DNA of 63,839 nt, the filler included, from Octopus bimaculoides (Eukaryota), in assembly GCF_001194135.2 (NCBI RefSeq). It is 5 parts of 5 records of this genome, joined end to end, with 100 filler letters (N's around TTAATTAATTAA, not from the genome) between each part and the next. Parts side by side here need not be neighbours in the genome. Positions count along the whole stretch, not along the records: positions 12,399 to 29,934 come from NC_068981.1; positions 30,035 to 60,084 come from NC_068989.1; 3 more parts are not named here. The stretch is one strand, 5' to 3'. Below the pieces are notes generated by a model that saw only the letters and a program-made list of their open reading frames with translations, made no database searches and was not told the origin of the DNA. Shown here piece by piece: positions 25,296 to 38,693 of this stretch (positions are counted from its first letter, which is position 1; the number at the start of each line of letters is the position of its first letter). The translations under genes were made by a program, and so were the position numbers.

Positions 25296-26030
25296 TACCG
25301 TGTTTCCCCGAAAATAAGACCCGGTCTTATATTAATTTTGAATCCAAAAAACGCACTAAGGCTTATTTTCGGGGGATGCCATATATTTTTGCGGAAAAAA
25401 TCCAAGAAAGACAAAAAAGTCTCATGTCCTTGTGTAAAAGGAAAAAATCGTAAAAAGGAAACTCATGTTTTTAGTTATCAAAAGTTTATTTATTTGCTTA
25501 TTGTTTTTAGTCAAGTACTCTTTTGGAAGATCATCATAAATCATCAAACTCCGAACTTCAGACTGAATTTCTTGCAAATCCATTTCCTGTAGAATCATGG
25601 ACCCCAATCTCTCATTTTTGGCAATATAACTTTCCTTAAATTAACACTTTTTGTCCAAGTACCTTTGGCAACTCAACTGTCGGTAATTCTATTCCATGAA
25701 TTCTTCACCCAATTCACGTCACGACTTCTTGGATGTTGGGTTTGACAAAGTTTCCATGCTGATTTCTCTCCATTCTATGTTCGATTCATTTCTATCTGCA
25801 TATAATCTTTGAATGGCTTGTTTATTACAATATCTAATGTTTGTAGATATGAATTCATTCCTGCAAGAATCATTATGTGATCAATTCTTCTTTCAGAAAG
25901 GAAGGTTTTCGTATCTTTTGAGTGATGAGTACTGGCCGAATCCCAGACTAAAAGACCTCTTTGAGAACCACGTAAAACAAGTGGCATAGTTAAATAAACC
26001 CATTTTCTTATAACAGCTTGTGTGCACCAA
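25296..26030 (-). mobile_element. pogo-family element: TIR plus DDE_1 transposase fragment
   Basis: TACCGTGTTTCCCCGAAAATAAGACC terminus with an internal inverted copy (CTTATTTTCGGGG); minus strand LLVWDSASTH...GMNSYLQTLDIVINKPFKDYM. Confidence 0.78.
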
Positions 26031-26039
26031 GCCTTTTCG

Positions 26040-26732
26040 CTTCCAGGAAAGACTTCACGATATTGCAAAGAAATACACCTTTCTTACACTGTCCAATTTG
26101 TTAGATAAAGAGTGTAATAGTGATGTAGATGCTTTCGATGAGAATATTGAGAAGACTTCCTGGGTGAAAGGGCAAGACTGTAAGATTATTTGGTGGCTGC
26201 TGATGCTGAAAACATGGAAGGGCCTTTGCAAGTTCTTCAGTTTATTCAGAAATATAATCTTATTGAATCATTGTCAAATATTGTAATATTTTTAAGAGTC
26301 TTTCTAACTCGTGTCATTAGAATTGCTAAACTAAAGCTCATCAAGAACCACCTCAGGTCAACAATAAGTCAAATAAGGTTGACTGATTTGGCAATACTAT
26401 CCATAGATCACAACCTTGCGGATAAAATTAATTTTGATGAAGTCAGTCAAGATTTCGCGAAGAGGAAAACACGTAACATCAATTTGTAAATCGTTTAGTT
26501 TTGTAATTCACTCATATTCTGTTCTTTAGCATATTTTTCATATCATTTTTTGTGTATAAACATAATAAAAGTAAATTTGAGGGAAATAAATGGTTACTAC
26601 AATTTTTCTTATTTTGCATACATATATACCTGTATTATTCCGTTTTTGGCGTTTTGAAGTGTTATTAGAACTTTTAAGAGGCGGCCAAATAAACATCCGC
26701 CTCAGGCAGCACTTGTGCTAGGCACGCCCCTG
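26040..26732 (+). mobile_element. hAT (ZMYM1-like) transposon 3' end
   Basis: SNIVIFLRVFLT[deletion]KLKLIKNHLRSTISQIRLTDLAILSID...FAKRKTR*; AATAAA; terminus ...AGGCACGCCCCTG at 26732. Confidence 0.8.
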
Positions 26733-27133
26733 GCTAAGAGGCACAGAAATATCTATTTTGACATTTGTGGGATATCATTGTATCGCAGTACAAGCATCTT
26801 CTGTACTACGGAGGATATGTTCTTCAAAATATTTTTGTAATGTGGAATTTCATAATGCGAAACGCTTTTCTTATCAACTTCCATATTCATTGACTTACAC
26901 GTAACATAGAGGCCAGTAAAAAAAAAGTTTCACGTTACAAAATTCCACGTTAGCATAAGATTTTCAGAAAGCATCGTTTCTGTAACATGAAGATATGTGT
27001 AATGTGATTTAGCAAATTGTTGTTGAGTAAATTAAGGTCAACCCTGATTGAGCATATCTTTAATCAAAGATGTTCTCACTGCAACCAAATTGCTTTCAAG
27101 AATATGCAGAACTATATATATTGTTCAATTTGA

Positions 27134-27806
27134 GGATCTATTTTAAAACGGGGGCGCCAGTATTTTCTTAACGAAACACTATGAAACTTGGGACACTGGT
27201 AGAATGTGTCTTATAAAACATCTTTTACTCTTAGTCTTCTTAACAAAAANNNNNNNNNNNNNNNNNNNNNNNNNNNNNNNNNNNNNNNNNNNNNNNNNNN
27301 NNNNNNNNNNNNNNNNNNNNNNNNNNNNNNNNNNNNNNNNNNNNNNNNNNNNNNNNNNNNNNNNNNNNNNNNNNNNNNNNNNNNNNNNNNNNNNNNNNNN
27401 NNNNNNNNNNNNNNNNNNNNNNNNNNNNNNNNNNNNNNNNNNNNNNNNNNNNNNNNNNNNCACTGTGCGTATCTATGTGTGTAACAATTTTAGAGTTCGG
27501 ATTCTCGAGTTAGGGTTAGGGTTAGGGTTACGGTTACGGTTAACAGTCTAGTTAGGGTTAGGGTTAGGGGATTAATACGATATACACCGTTACAGCGCTA
27601 ACTGTTTTCAACTGAATAGACGTCGGTGATTAGTAGAAATTATCGAAATAAGACAATTTTTTACATGAAATAAATTCGAATACAAAAATATTTTTCTGTT
27701 CTATAACACAAAATAGATAAGTATACGAAGTTTGAAAGTCTTTCCGTACCAAAAACACTACATAAAACATAAATGAAAACTGGCGCCCCCGTTTTAAAAT
27801 AGATCC
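27134..27806. mobile_element. MITE with about 28-bp TIRs and internal (GGGTTA)n
   Basis: GGATCTATTTTAAAACGGGGGCGCCAGT ... ACTGGCGCCCCCGTTTTAAAATAGATCC; spans an N gap; no TSD evident. Confidence 0.88.
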
Positions 27807-28445
27807 CCTGTGTTTGCCCGTCTGCGAGGAAAAGCAGCCTGCAGGTTAGTGTAGTTCAAAGCTACACTTTACTCTAATATTCTTATATTTTCATATTTTC
27901 TGATTGATTTGTTCTTTCTATGAAAATTCATTCCTGTCATCTGACACTGCTTGCTCGATTCGTGACTGCTGATACACATTGTTTAAATTCATTTAAAATC
28001 TATTATTTCTGTTAGAACTACATAATAATATTGAAATATATAACTATATAAATGTCAGTTTACAGCAAATATTCTGAAAAAATGTCATTGGACAATTAGG
28101 ATTGTTTTGTAACTTCACAACGCCTGTTAACATTTAAAACTGAATTATGATTGTAGATTTTAGGTAACAGATGTTTCTTGTACATATGACACAAAGTTAT
28201 GAGTAACGTTTACACACACACACACACACACACTATACAATACTACATCAACCTTTTTACCTTGAAAAAACTAATTGTGTAACATTAAACTCGAAACCTA
28301 TAAAATGTAGGTCAGTAAATAGTATGTTATTTATGTAAAGACGTATAGACATGGAGAGAAGGCTAAAATATTTTAGTGGAAAGTGGGTTATACATCATTA
28401 GATGTACACCTGACTTTCCTATATAAAATTAAGAATTAACGGCAA

Positions 28446-28729
28446 TGCTGAACTCCAGACTATCAACACAAACAACATTTATTCAAGGTGGAAAATATAC
28501 ATCTTTAGCTCTTGTTCATTGAGACGTCTTCGGTGTGTGAGAACATGGTTGTTTTGTACATTGGTATATTGATGTGAGCTGTCTAGCGTGAGTTCGAAAG
28601 ATGGAGAGACAGCTAGACACGTCCTTGCTCAATCGCTGGCCAGCAAGAAAGAGACAGAATAAAGCGGGAAAGCTTGGTTGTTGAATTCCACGCATGCGTG
28701 AGACTACGCATGCGCACAGCGTTACTACA
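28446..28729 (-). mobile_element. Possible solo LTR
   Basis: Minus strand TGTAGTAACG...AATAAATG...CAGCA; higher GC than its flanks; no TSD found. Confidence 0.4.
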
Positions 28730-29607
28730 ATATCATTCGGAAATAATATGTATCATCCCCACAGGGTAAAAAAGAGTCGTGGTTAATTCTACTCAAGATA
28801 AGCCCATCCTCATCAAACTACATTATGTCAGACAAATATGTTTCAAATTCTTATATTTTTGGAAAAACTGGAAATTATTGATCACCTCATATATATATGT
28901 ACTTACATATAAGAGACCAAAGTGTACGTACACCGCCATTTGTATATAAAAAGGAATACAAAAATGGGTCAAGAACGCAAAACATCCAGACAGCTAGAAG
29001 ATACAAAAAAGGGACAAGAAAAAACACGAACGGGTCATTCGAAGTTTTCGACTTCATTTAGGCATAGTGACTTCATTTAGGCATAGAGTAGATTCTAACC
29101 TGAATCGACAAATTTCCCATATTTCAACAGCACTTTTCTCACAGTAAAACAATTACATTTAGCATATGGCTTTGCTAAGCCAATTTATGTCTTTGTCACT
29201 TGACCCCTCTAACCTCTTGTATGCAGTGGAGAATGGAATTGAGATAACAGTCGACCCCTCCACAAAGTATATCTATTGTCTTTGCAGTATATCAATTTTT
29301 CTAACTAGTTTTGTATAGTTATAAATATAAGAACTCCATAAACCAAAATCAGTTGGTAAACGGAAGCAACTAGAGATGGTTACAGGCAGACAGCCACTTG
29401 AGACAAAAGGCCAAAGGGAGAAAGTTACAATCAGTCTTCTATGAGACATACAACTTTCCTCGACTCTAACTTTCACTAGCTCACTTTCTTTTCTCTACAA
29501 CATTACCCTATCTCTATCTGTGAAATAATGTATAAGTGTACATACTTATACAAGAAGAAATTAACTCTCTTAACCTCGCATGCTTTACGACTTATACATA
29601 CCAGCCT

Positions 29608-29785
29608 GGATCTATTTTAAAACGGGGGCCACAGTTTTCATTAATGTTTTACGTAGTGTTTTTGGTACGGAAGGACTTTCAAACTTCGTATACTTATCTA
29701 TTTTGTGTTATAGAACAGAAAAATATTTTTGTATTTGAATTTATTTCATGTAAAAAATTGTCTTATTTCGATAATTTCAACCAAT
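29608..29785 (-). mobile_element. Truncated inverted copy of the 27134-27806 MITE right arm
   Basis: Reverse complement of about 27630-27806 with few mismatches. Confidence 0.85.
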
Positions 29786-30134
29786 CACTGACAAGTATTC
29801 AGTTGTTTATATTTACTCCTTTGGCTGATTAAGCGGTGTAAAGCGTATTTAATCTCCATAGCTTCGTTTTATTTGCTTTTTTCATTTTAAATTTGCTTTT
29901 TTCATTTTCTTTTTTTTTCTTCGTTTTATTTGCTNNNNNNNNNNNNNNNNNNNNNNNNNNNNNNNNNNNNNNNNNNNNTTAATTAATTAANNNNNNNNNN
30001 NNNNNNNNNNNNNNNNNNNNNNNNNNNNNNNNNNATATACACATATATGCATATATATTATATATTATTTATTATTTAATTGAACGCAACGCATCCATTT
30101 CCAAGTATATATATGATATGTGTGAGTGTGTGTG

Positions 30135-30340
30135 TCTTTGTGTCTGTGCTTGTTCCCCATCATCACTTGACAACCACTGTTGGTGTGTTTACATTCCCGT
30201 AACTTAGCAGTTCGGCAAAGAGACCGGTAGAATAAGTACTAGGCTTAAAATATAACTCCTGCGGTCGAATTGTTCTACAAAAACACTTCAAGGCGGTGCT
30301 CCAGCATAGCCGCAGTCAAATGACTGAAATAAATAAAAGA
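30135..30340 (+). mobile_element. SINE family A tail
   Basis: Same sequence blocks as 12490-12692 and 63650-63839. Confidence 0.88.
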
Positions 30341-30403
30341 ATATATATATAATTTGTCTCTCACAAGATGGAGTATTTTTTAATCCTACCTTATCAGAAC
30401 GGT

Positions 30404-30524
<121 letters not shown>

Positions 30525-31659
30525 CTATCTCTATCTCTCTCTCCATATATATATATACATACATATATATATAATCAAGATATGAAGAAGAATGGAGAAT
30601 CATACATCTTCAAGATTTAGATTTTGAAGCATTATTCTCATCAAATTCCAATCCGATACGTGTTTCTCCTGGATAAGTGTCCTTATGTCCTTTGATGTGG
30701 CAGTTATGTGCATTTAGTTGATTTAAATTTAAATCAGTTGCAGTACATACTCATCATCCAAGGTAGACATTCTTATTCCGCTTTGTTGAAGGTCTTTCCT
30801 ATGCTTCACCCACGCGCATGCGTGTGTGTGTGTGTGTGTGTGTGTTAGTGAAACTAGCGTAGCGGTTTTCATATTAACAAATCCCAACTCGAGCCCACAA
30901 AAAAACATATTATTCATGCTGCTCTTACCTACAAAACAATATTTTCCATGCCGCTCCCAGCCACAAAAAAAGTATACATATATTATCCATGCCACTTCCC
31001 ACCAAACTCGTTTATTAATGGGAATATAAAATAGACCTAACATCCATATAATTAGTCATTCTTTATCGGCTTCTATCGGACAATTTCAAATTTTATAAAA
31101 CAAAAATACATCTCAGTAATTTATAGTAGTGAACAATTTTTTCCTCTACTTTTCATTCCATAGAGTCCCTACTCAAAAGACAGTCTCTTCCTCTTGTAAG
31201 AAACATCATACAACTATATAGTGATATACATGGCGGTACACCAGCAAAACAGTAACCGAAATATTGAAAGCAATAAAACGTGAAAATTATAACATAAAAT
31301 ATTTGAGTTATCTCCTGCTTTAAAGATTTCCCTAGTTATCTCCCTTACATCTAGTCACACCTAACATTTTCCACAGCCGAGTTTGAATCAAATACTAATT
31401 AATTTCCCTTGGATTTCATCATTTTCTTCATAGTTGTTCCGGAAATCGTGCATATCACAGCATTTTATCACCCTTATATAAGAATCTAACTGTTTACGCT
31501 GCCATAGCAAATATACTTTGTTGTGATGCCATGATAAAGAAATTGATAAATCATCGTTAATATATTTAAATGAAAAATCCGAATGTCTAACAGGGCTTCG
31601 AGTTAAAGGTGCCGCAGACAGACAGACAGGTAGACAGGCAAGCAGACAGACAGACAAGC

Positions 31660-31752
<93 letters not shown>

Positions 31753-32314
31753 TGGAAGTGAGGTATGGATTGTTTACCGTAGGCAGGTAAGGCAACTGGA
31801 ACGATTTCATCAATACTGTCTGAAANNNNNNNNNNNNNNNNNNNNNNNNNNNNNNNNNNNNNNNNNNNNNNNNNNNNNNNNNNNNNNNNNNNNNNNNNNN
31901 NNNNNNNNNNNNNNNNNNNNNNNNNNNNNNNNNNNNNNNNNNNNNNNNNNNNNNNNNNNNNNNNNNNNNNNNNNNNNNNNNNNNNNNNNNNNNNNNNNNN
32001 NNNNNNNNNNNNNNNNNNNNNNNNNNNNNNNNNNNNNNNNNNNNNNNNNNNNNNNNNNNNNNNNNNNNNNNNNNNNNNNNNNNNNNNNNNNNNNNNNNNN
32101 NNNNNNNNNNNNNNNNNNNNNNNNNNNNNNNNNNNNNNNNNNNNNNNNNNNNNNNNNNNNNNNNNNNNNNNNNNNNNNNNNNNNNNNNNNNNNNNNNNNN
32201 NNNNNNNNNNNNNNNNNNNNNNNNNNNNNNNNNNNNNNNNNNNNNNNNNNNNNNNNNNNNNNNNNNNNNNNNNNNNNNNNNNNNNNNNNNNNNNNNNNNN
32301 NNNNNNNNNNNNNN

Positions 32315-32625
32315 ATGCAGGCCTGGTGAGCCATCAAAATTCTCATAGAAATCGACCCATGATAAACAATGATGTGGCTATTAAAATTTATAACAGGACG
32401 TGTGTAAAGTGTGGAAGGGTGTGCCTCTCAGTTGGGTGTGCCTCTCACATGTTAGGAGAGTGCATATGGTGGCACCTGTTTCTCCTGCCAGCCAGCACAG
32501 TTGTCTAGTATGTAATAAAATGTGCAAAAGCTTGGCCGGGCTTAAAAGTCATATAACAATCATGAATCATTTCAGTAAGTCTTCTTGGCAATGGCTTTTC
32601 TCGTGTAACGAGGATGCAGCTTTGT
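32315..32625 (+). pseudogene. LINE (probably RTE) 3' end with tandem C2H2-type fingers
   Basis: AGLVSHQNSH, CVKCGRVCLS...SHVRRVH (frameshift), CLVCNKMCKSLAGLKSH; short 3' UTR CTCGTGTAACGAGG; 5' part lies in a gap. Confidence 0.62.
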
Positions 32626-33160
32626 GATGTAAGCTTTCATTTTTTTCTCTTTTTTATTTAGTAGTATTTTTCCTGGAAGTAAGGTCTAGTTTCTAATGAA
32701 ATAATAAAAGTTTCGTCATTGGAATATATTTACTTTTCCACTTAGAAACCGTCTGTCTCTTTGCTTGAAACTCCTACCGTCTCTACCAATCTATCTGCCT
32801 ATTCATCTGTATGTTTGTCTATCACTCTGCTGTCTGTCTCTCTGCTGTCTGTCTGTCTGTCTGTCTGTCTGCCTGTCTATGTGTGTATGTGTGCGCAAGT
32901 GCGTGTATTTGTTCTTTATATTTATTAGCATTCTTCCTTGGAGAAGAGAGTTGATTTCTAACATAGAAAAACTCCATAACTGGAAAATTTTATAACATTT
33001 TTATAACATTACATATCGAAGTATATGTGTGTATTTTAGTCGAGTAAATAATTGAATTGACAGGAATAAAAAGTAGGAAGTTTTAACAATGATAGCGTTT
33101 AATAATCTATTTCTAAAATTGCTAAAACTAATCATTATCTTTTTATCGTTGTTTTTACAG

Positions 33161-33256
33161 TTTATGGTACATTAGACATACATGAAGGTCTCTACACATT
33201 CTGCCTAACAAACCGATCCAAGTCAACAGGAGAAGAATGTAAACTTATATTGGGAG
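33161..33256 (+). CDS. Internal exon of a claudin/PMP22/EMP-like tetraspan membrane protein gene (first extracellular loop)
   Basis: Branch point CTAAT, polypyrimidine tract and TTTTTACAG acceptor; AG|GTAAGT donor; 96 bp, phase 1-1; only one open frame: xYGTLDIHEGLYTFCLTNRSKSTGEECKLILG, containing GL[W/Y]xxC...C. Confidence 0.75.
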
Positions 33257-35086
33257 GTAAGTAATTTTATATATACATATAAACACACACACACACATAT
33301 ATAATGCACTTCGTATATATATACGTATTGCATTTAACGTTTGAAGCTACGAGATGATGATACACAAGCACTCAGCTTTCTCAGTTGAGTGTTTATGTCT
33401 CTAGCGGAAATATCAGTAAGCTGATGAAACTCATNNNNNNNNNNNNNNNNNNNNNNNNNNNNNNNNNNNNNNNNNNNNNNNNNNNNNNNNNNNNNNNNNN
33501 NNNNNNNNNNNNNNNNNNNNNNNNNNNNNNNNNNNNNNNNNNNNNNNNNNNNNNNNNNNNNNNNNNNNNNNNNNNNNNNNNNNNNNNNNNNNNNNNNNNN
33601 NNNNNNNNNNNNNNNNNNNNNNNNNNNNNNNNNNNNNNNNNNNNNNNNNNNNNNNNNNNNNNNNNNNNNNNNNNNNNNNNNNNNNNNNNNNNNNNNNNNN
33701 NNNNNNNNNNNNNNNNNNNNNNNNNNNNNNNNNNNNNNNNNNNNNNNNNNNNNNNNNNNNNNNNNNNNNNNNNNNNNNNNNNNNNNNNNNNNNNNNNNNN
33801 NNNNNNNNNNNNNNNNNNNNNNNNNNNNNNNNNNNNNNNNNNNNNNNNNNNNNNNNNNNNNNNNNNNNNNNNNNNNNNNNNNNNNNNNNNNNNNNNNNNN
33901 NNNNNNNNNNNNNNNNNNNNNNNNNNNNNNNNNNNNNNNNNNNNNNNNNNNNNNNNNNNNNNNNNNNNNNNNNNNNNNNNNATATATATATATATAATCC
34001 AGTGGTTTAAAAATTATTGATGATCATTTTTAGAATTTAGATCATTTTTAATACTGATTGATATACATTTTTGTTCTATTTTATTTATATATATTGTTGG
34101 TTTTTTCGTGGTTATTTTAGATTTATTTACATGTATTTTACCTATTTTCATTATATAGTCTTCTCTTCTAAATTCGTGTACTACATGATATTTTAAAGCC
34201 CTTTTTTCAAGCAAACAGATTATAATATTACGTTGTTTGTATATATTTGTTAATTCCCACTCGACCTTAATTCATTAGAGCTTTATTACCCTAGGTTTCG
34301 TCTACTTCATGTATGTAAAGGAAATTTTCTTGAGACTGACTTAGCCCCGGCAAATTACACATAATTAAATCCAATCAAGTCTTGCTGACACATCATCCAT
34401 TAACGTTGTAGATGAATTTTTGTTATGTTTATTAATTCATATAAGAAAAACAATGTATTCAACTGAGATGATATTACTGCGAAATGTGTCCAGGATGTCA
34501 AGAACATGTTCAATCTCTTATACCTAGAAATCCATAATATATGTACCAGCGATATATTGGGAGTATTGTTTAATCTATACTCAAATTTACTCTCAGTCAA
34601 TACTCACTCTAGTTCATATTCAAAGGTTTTTTAATGAAGGGCTTTTTAATCGAAGTGAAATCTATAGATTGATAGGTAACCTCCCTTTGATCTGAAAACT
34701 CACAATATACTTGGCATACTATGACATTATAATAACTGTTTCTTCTGCATTTTATTCGCACTGAGGTGTCGCTAAAATAAAGTAAATCATATTCTACGTC
34801 ATTCGTGCTACTTGTTAACTATGCAAATCTCTTAAATAATTCTACAGAAATGTATTAACTCAATCAACTCTAATTACATGAAATACAATTCTAAATACAT
34901 TATTTATACGAGATTATGCTGGGGAGTTATAGAGAATTTTATTACTTCGGATGAGAACGACCGTGGATTCATTGGCGAAAGTAGAATAACAATTTAGCTT
35001 ATAAAATACTTCATAATGAAAAGAAGGAAAATAATAAAATCCAGTGATATCAAATTAGATAAAAACTGGTGAGCGAGAGAGAGAGG

Positions 35087-35142
<56 letters not shown>

Positions 35143-35994
35143 TGAGATGGAATTAAACCAAAAATAGACCAAATAGTTCAGAATTCATGAATATATAAAA
35201 TAAAGGGCTCAGAATGAATAGAATCGATTCATGAAATTATTATTCATACCAGAGCTAAATGCTCAAAATAAGGTAACAGGTTGTCAACTCACATGCTGGT
35301 CTAGCAGTAAGTTATATTTACAATACTGTTGGATGAAAGCTAAGGGAATTTGAAGCATAAAAGAAAGTAATGGTTGCATTTAGAATAAAGCACACAAAAT
35401 ACAGTAAAGAAAGATTATTTGTAACATTGATACAGGCAGGGTGCAACAAGAAAATTAAAATTTGTAATACTCCTTCCATAACTATTCTTATTTAATTCCC
35501 GTCTTCTTCTTCATCCTCTGTCGGTATGATCCTTTTCCCGTCATTCTATGTGCCGCGGTTTTTTTTTTCTTGTTTCTCTTACTCATTGCCCGTCACCAAC
35601 TCCAGTACGTGCATTCATCCTTTACCTCATATGTTAACTCTTTCTGTATCGCTATTTACTTCTCTCTGTACGATGTAAAGCGTGACTTGAGAATCAGTCA
35701 ACCAACCAAACAACCAGCCAGTATTCATATCGGCTTTTATTATACAGATATAACAACAACCAAAAAAGTAGATCCGCTATGATAACAAGGAACGAATGAT
35801 GTCTAGACAATATATAAATAACAACAAGGCAATAATAAATAAAGTATGGAGAAAATATAGACAAAACAAGAGATGTGTGTGTGTGTGGGGGTTACTACGA
35901 GCATAAGAGGAAAGCTGAAATAATGGAAGAGTTATTTATAAAGATGAAGAAACAATAAGACATAGGGGTCTAGTCTACAATATTCGTTTCAAAT

Positions 35995-36215
35995 TTCAGG
36001 ATAGGGGACTAGTCGATTACATCGAACCCAGTAAGGCAACTGGCGTTTTATTTTATCGGCCCCGAAAAGTTGAAAGGCAAAGATGACCTCAGAGGAATTT
36101 AAACCCAAAACAAAACAACACTCAAAATAAACACTGGGATTTATTTGTTTGACTCACCATGCAAGGCGATGCTCCAGCATAGCCGCAGGCCAATGACTGA
36201 AACAAATCTAAGAAA
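35995..36215. mobile_element. SINE family B piece (- strand, Nin-like domain) fused to a family A tail end (+)
   Basis: ATCGGCCCCGAAAAGTTGAAAGGCAAAGATGACCTC at about 36055, followed by GGCGATGCTCCAGCATAGCCGCAG..TGACTGAAAC. Confidence 0.7.
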
Positions 36216-36844
36216 AACAAAGTTGAAAATATACGCGAAAGGTACACATACTTCAAATACGAGAAATTGAAATTTTATTCGAAGGGAGATAACTCAAAGT
36301 TACTTAATATGATTCAGCCTCATAAATATTTGTGACACTAAGAGACATACATATATACATACATACATACATGTTTAGTGACAGCAATCAAATTTTGTTT
36401 TTCATTCTCTCTCTCATTATCTACTAGATTCTTTGGTTTTTCCAAATTTTAGTGTCTGTAAAATATCAGTGCATTTATTATGCATACAAAAATACATAAA
36501 ATACGCACACACACACACACACACACAACATAGCTACATTTACATATACATAAATACAATCACATCGATACTGAAATATATTTTTAGCGATGATGTCACT
36601 AAAATCAAAATATACATTATACGCAAACCAAGGGAAACAACTCGTAAATTACTGTTAAGCAGGTTTCCCAAGTAAATTTAAGCCGACGCATTTTAAACAT
36701 TTATTGCATAAATATCTGGCCTCACCAAAATTATTTATAAGCCCGTCGTCCATAAATGTATAAATGCNNNNNNNNNNNNNNNNNNNNNNNNNNNNNNNNN
36801 NNNNNNNNNNNNNNNNNNNNNNNNNNNTGTGTGTGTGTGTGTGT

Positions 36845-37045
36845 GTGTGTGTCCCCTGCTGCCATCGCTTGACAATTGACGTTGGTGTATTTACGTCCCT
36901 GAAACTTAACGGTTCGGCAAAATGAACCGATAGAATAAGTACTAGGCTTACAAAGAATTAAGTCCTGCTGTCGATTTCTTCGACTAAAGGTGGTGCTCCA
37001 GCATGGCTGCAGTCAAATGACTAAAATAAGTAAACGAATAGAAGA
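36845..37045 (+). mobile_element. SINE family A tail
   Basis: Family A blocks preceded by (TG)n. Confidence 0.88.
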
Positions 37046-37065
37046 ACATATATATATATATATAT

Positions 37066-37383
37066 ATTCTTTCACTTGTTACAGTCATTTAACTACGGCT
37101 ACGTTGGAGCGCCATCTTGAGCGGTTTTAGTCGAACAAATCTACCCTAGGATTTATTTTCGAAATCGGGCACTTATTCTATCGGTCTGTTTTCCTGAACC
37201 GCTAAGTTACGAGGAAGTACATACACCAACACCGGTTGTCAAGCGGTGATGGGGGTACGTACTCAGACACAAAGACATACAGACACACACACACACACAT
37301 ACATACACACACATATATATATAAATGTATGTATGTATGTACGACAGGCCAAATCCACTTTTGTTGGCCCGAGGCTATAATAG
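37066..37383 (-). mobile_element. SINE family A (tail, internal microsatellite, part of core), inverted relative to its neighbour
   Basis: Reverse complement of the family A tail, then (CA)n, then GGCCAAATCCAC...GGCCCGAGGCTATA core. Confidence 0.85.
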
Positions 37384-38319
37384 NNNNNNNNNNNNNNNNN
37401 NNNNNNNNNNNNNNNNNNNNNNNNNNNNNNNNNNNNNNNNNNNNNNNNNNNNNNNNNNNNNNNNNNNNNNNNNNNNNNNNNNNNNNNNNNNNNNNNNNNN
37501 NNNNNNNNNNNNNNNNNNNNNNNNNNNNNNNNNNNNNNNNNNNNNNNNNNNNNNNNNNNNNNNNNNNNNNNNNNNNNNNNNNNNNNNNNNNNNNNNNNNN
37601 NNNNNNNNNNNNNNNNNNNNNNNNNNNNNNNNNNNNNNNNNNNNNNNNNNNNNNNNNNNNNNNNNNNNNNNNNNNNNNNNNNNNNNNNNNNNNNNNNNNN
37701 NNNNNNNNNNNNNNNNNNNNNNNNNNNNNNNNNNNNNNNNNNNNNNNNNNNNNNNNNNNNNNNNNNNNNNNNNNNNNNNNNNNNNNNNNNNNNNNNNNNN
37801 NNNNNNNNNNNNNNNNNNNNNNNNNNNNNNNNNNNNNNNNNNNNNNNNNNNNNNNNNNNNNNNNNNNNNNNNNNNNNNNNNNNNNNNNNNNNNNNNNNNN
37901 NNNNTATATATATATATGTATGTATGTATATATACATGTATGTATGTATGTATGCATGTATGTATGTATGTATGTATGTATGTATGTATGTATGTATGTA
38001 TGTATGTATGTATGTGCGGTATTTGGAGTCAGTGCATGTGAAGATTTTTTTTTGCTTTCTATATGTATTCTCATGCATATAGTTGCATGTCTAGACATGC
38101 GCGTATATACTTAAATGAGGAAACTATTAACGCTGTTAATATAACACCACGTCTATGTATCTGGGTATGATTGGGTGAGTTTGTATGTTCGTACTTGCTA
38201 GTGTATGTATTTATGGATGTGTGTGTAAGTTGTAGCAAATGTTCTCAAAGCGATTGTAATATATTCACTGGGTTGTTTTATTAATAATTTCTTAGCAGCT
38301 GACAATCTACGTTCAATAT

Positions 38320-38693
38320 GAGGGCTAATTCGATTACATTGATTTATTTTATCGACCCCGAATGGAAGAAAGACAATGTCGACCTCGCTGAAATTTGAAC
38401 TCAGGACGTAAAGACAGACGAAATGCTACTAAGCAGTTTGACCGGCCTGATAATGATTGTGCAAGCTTGCTGCCTTAATATAACCTTTCTACTGAAGACA
38501 CAAGGCCTGGAAGTTGTGGGGGAGGGGACTAGTCGATTAAATGGACCCATGTTTCACTGGTACTAATTTATCGACCCTGAAAGGATGAAAGGCAAAGTCG
38601 ACCTCGGTGGAATTTAAACTCAGAACGTATAGACGGACGAAATGCCGCTAAGCATTTTGTCTGGCATGCTAATGATTGTTCCAGCTCGCTGCC
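38320..38693 (-). mobile_element. Two tandem tRNA-headed SINEs (family B, Nin-like domain)
   Basis: Each reads on minus GGCAGC(G/A)AGC..., B-box-like GAGTT(C/T)AAATT, then GAGGTCGAC.TTG.CT..; the domain name is from recollection of Nin/Inv SINEs. Confidence 0.78.

Noticed and set aside
27505-27570. (TTAGGG)-like repeats suggesting an interstitial telomere
   Set aside because: Short, degenerate and internal to a TIR-bounded MITE.
27810-27846. Strong donor CAG|GTTAGT as a possible upstream exon end
   Set aside because: No acceptor or coding evidence; it abuts a MITE.
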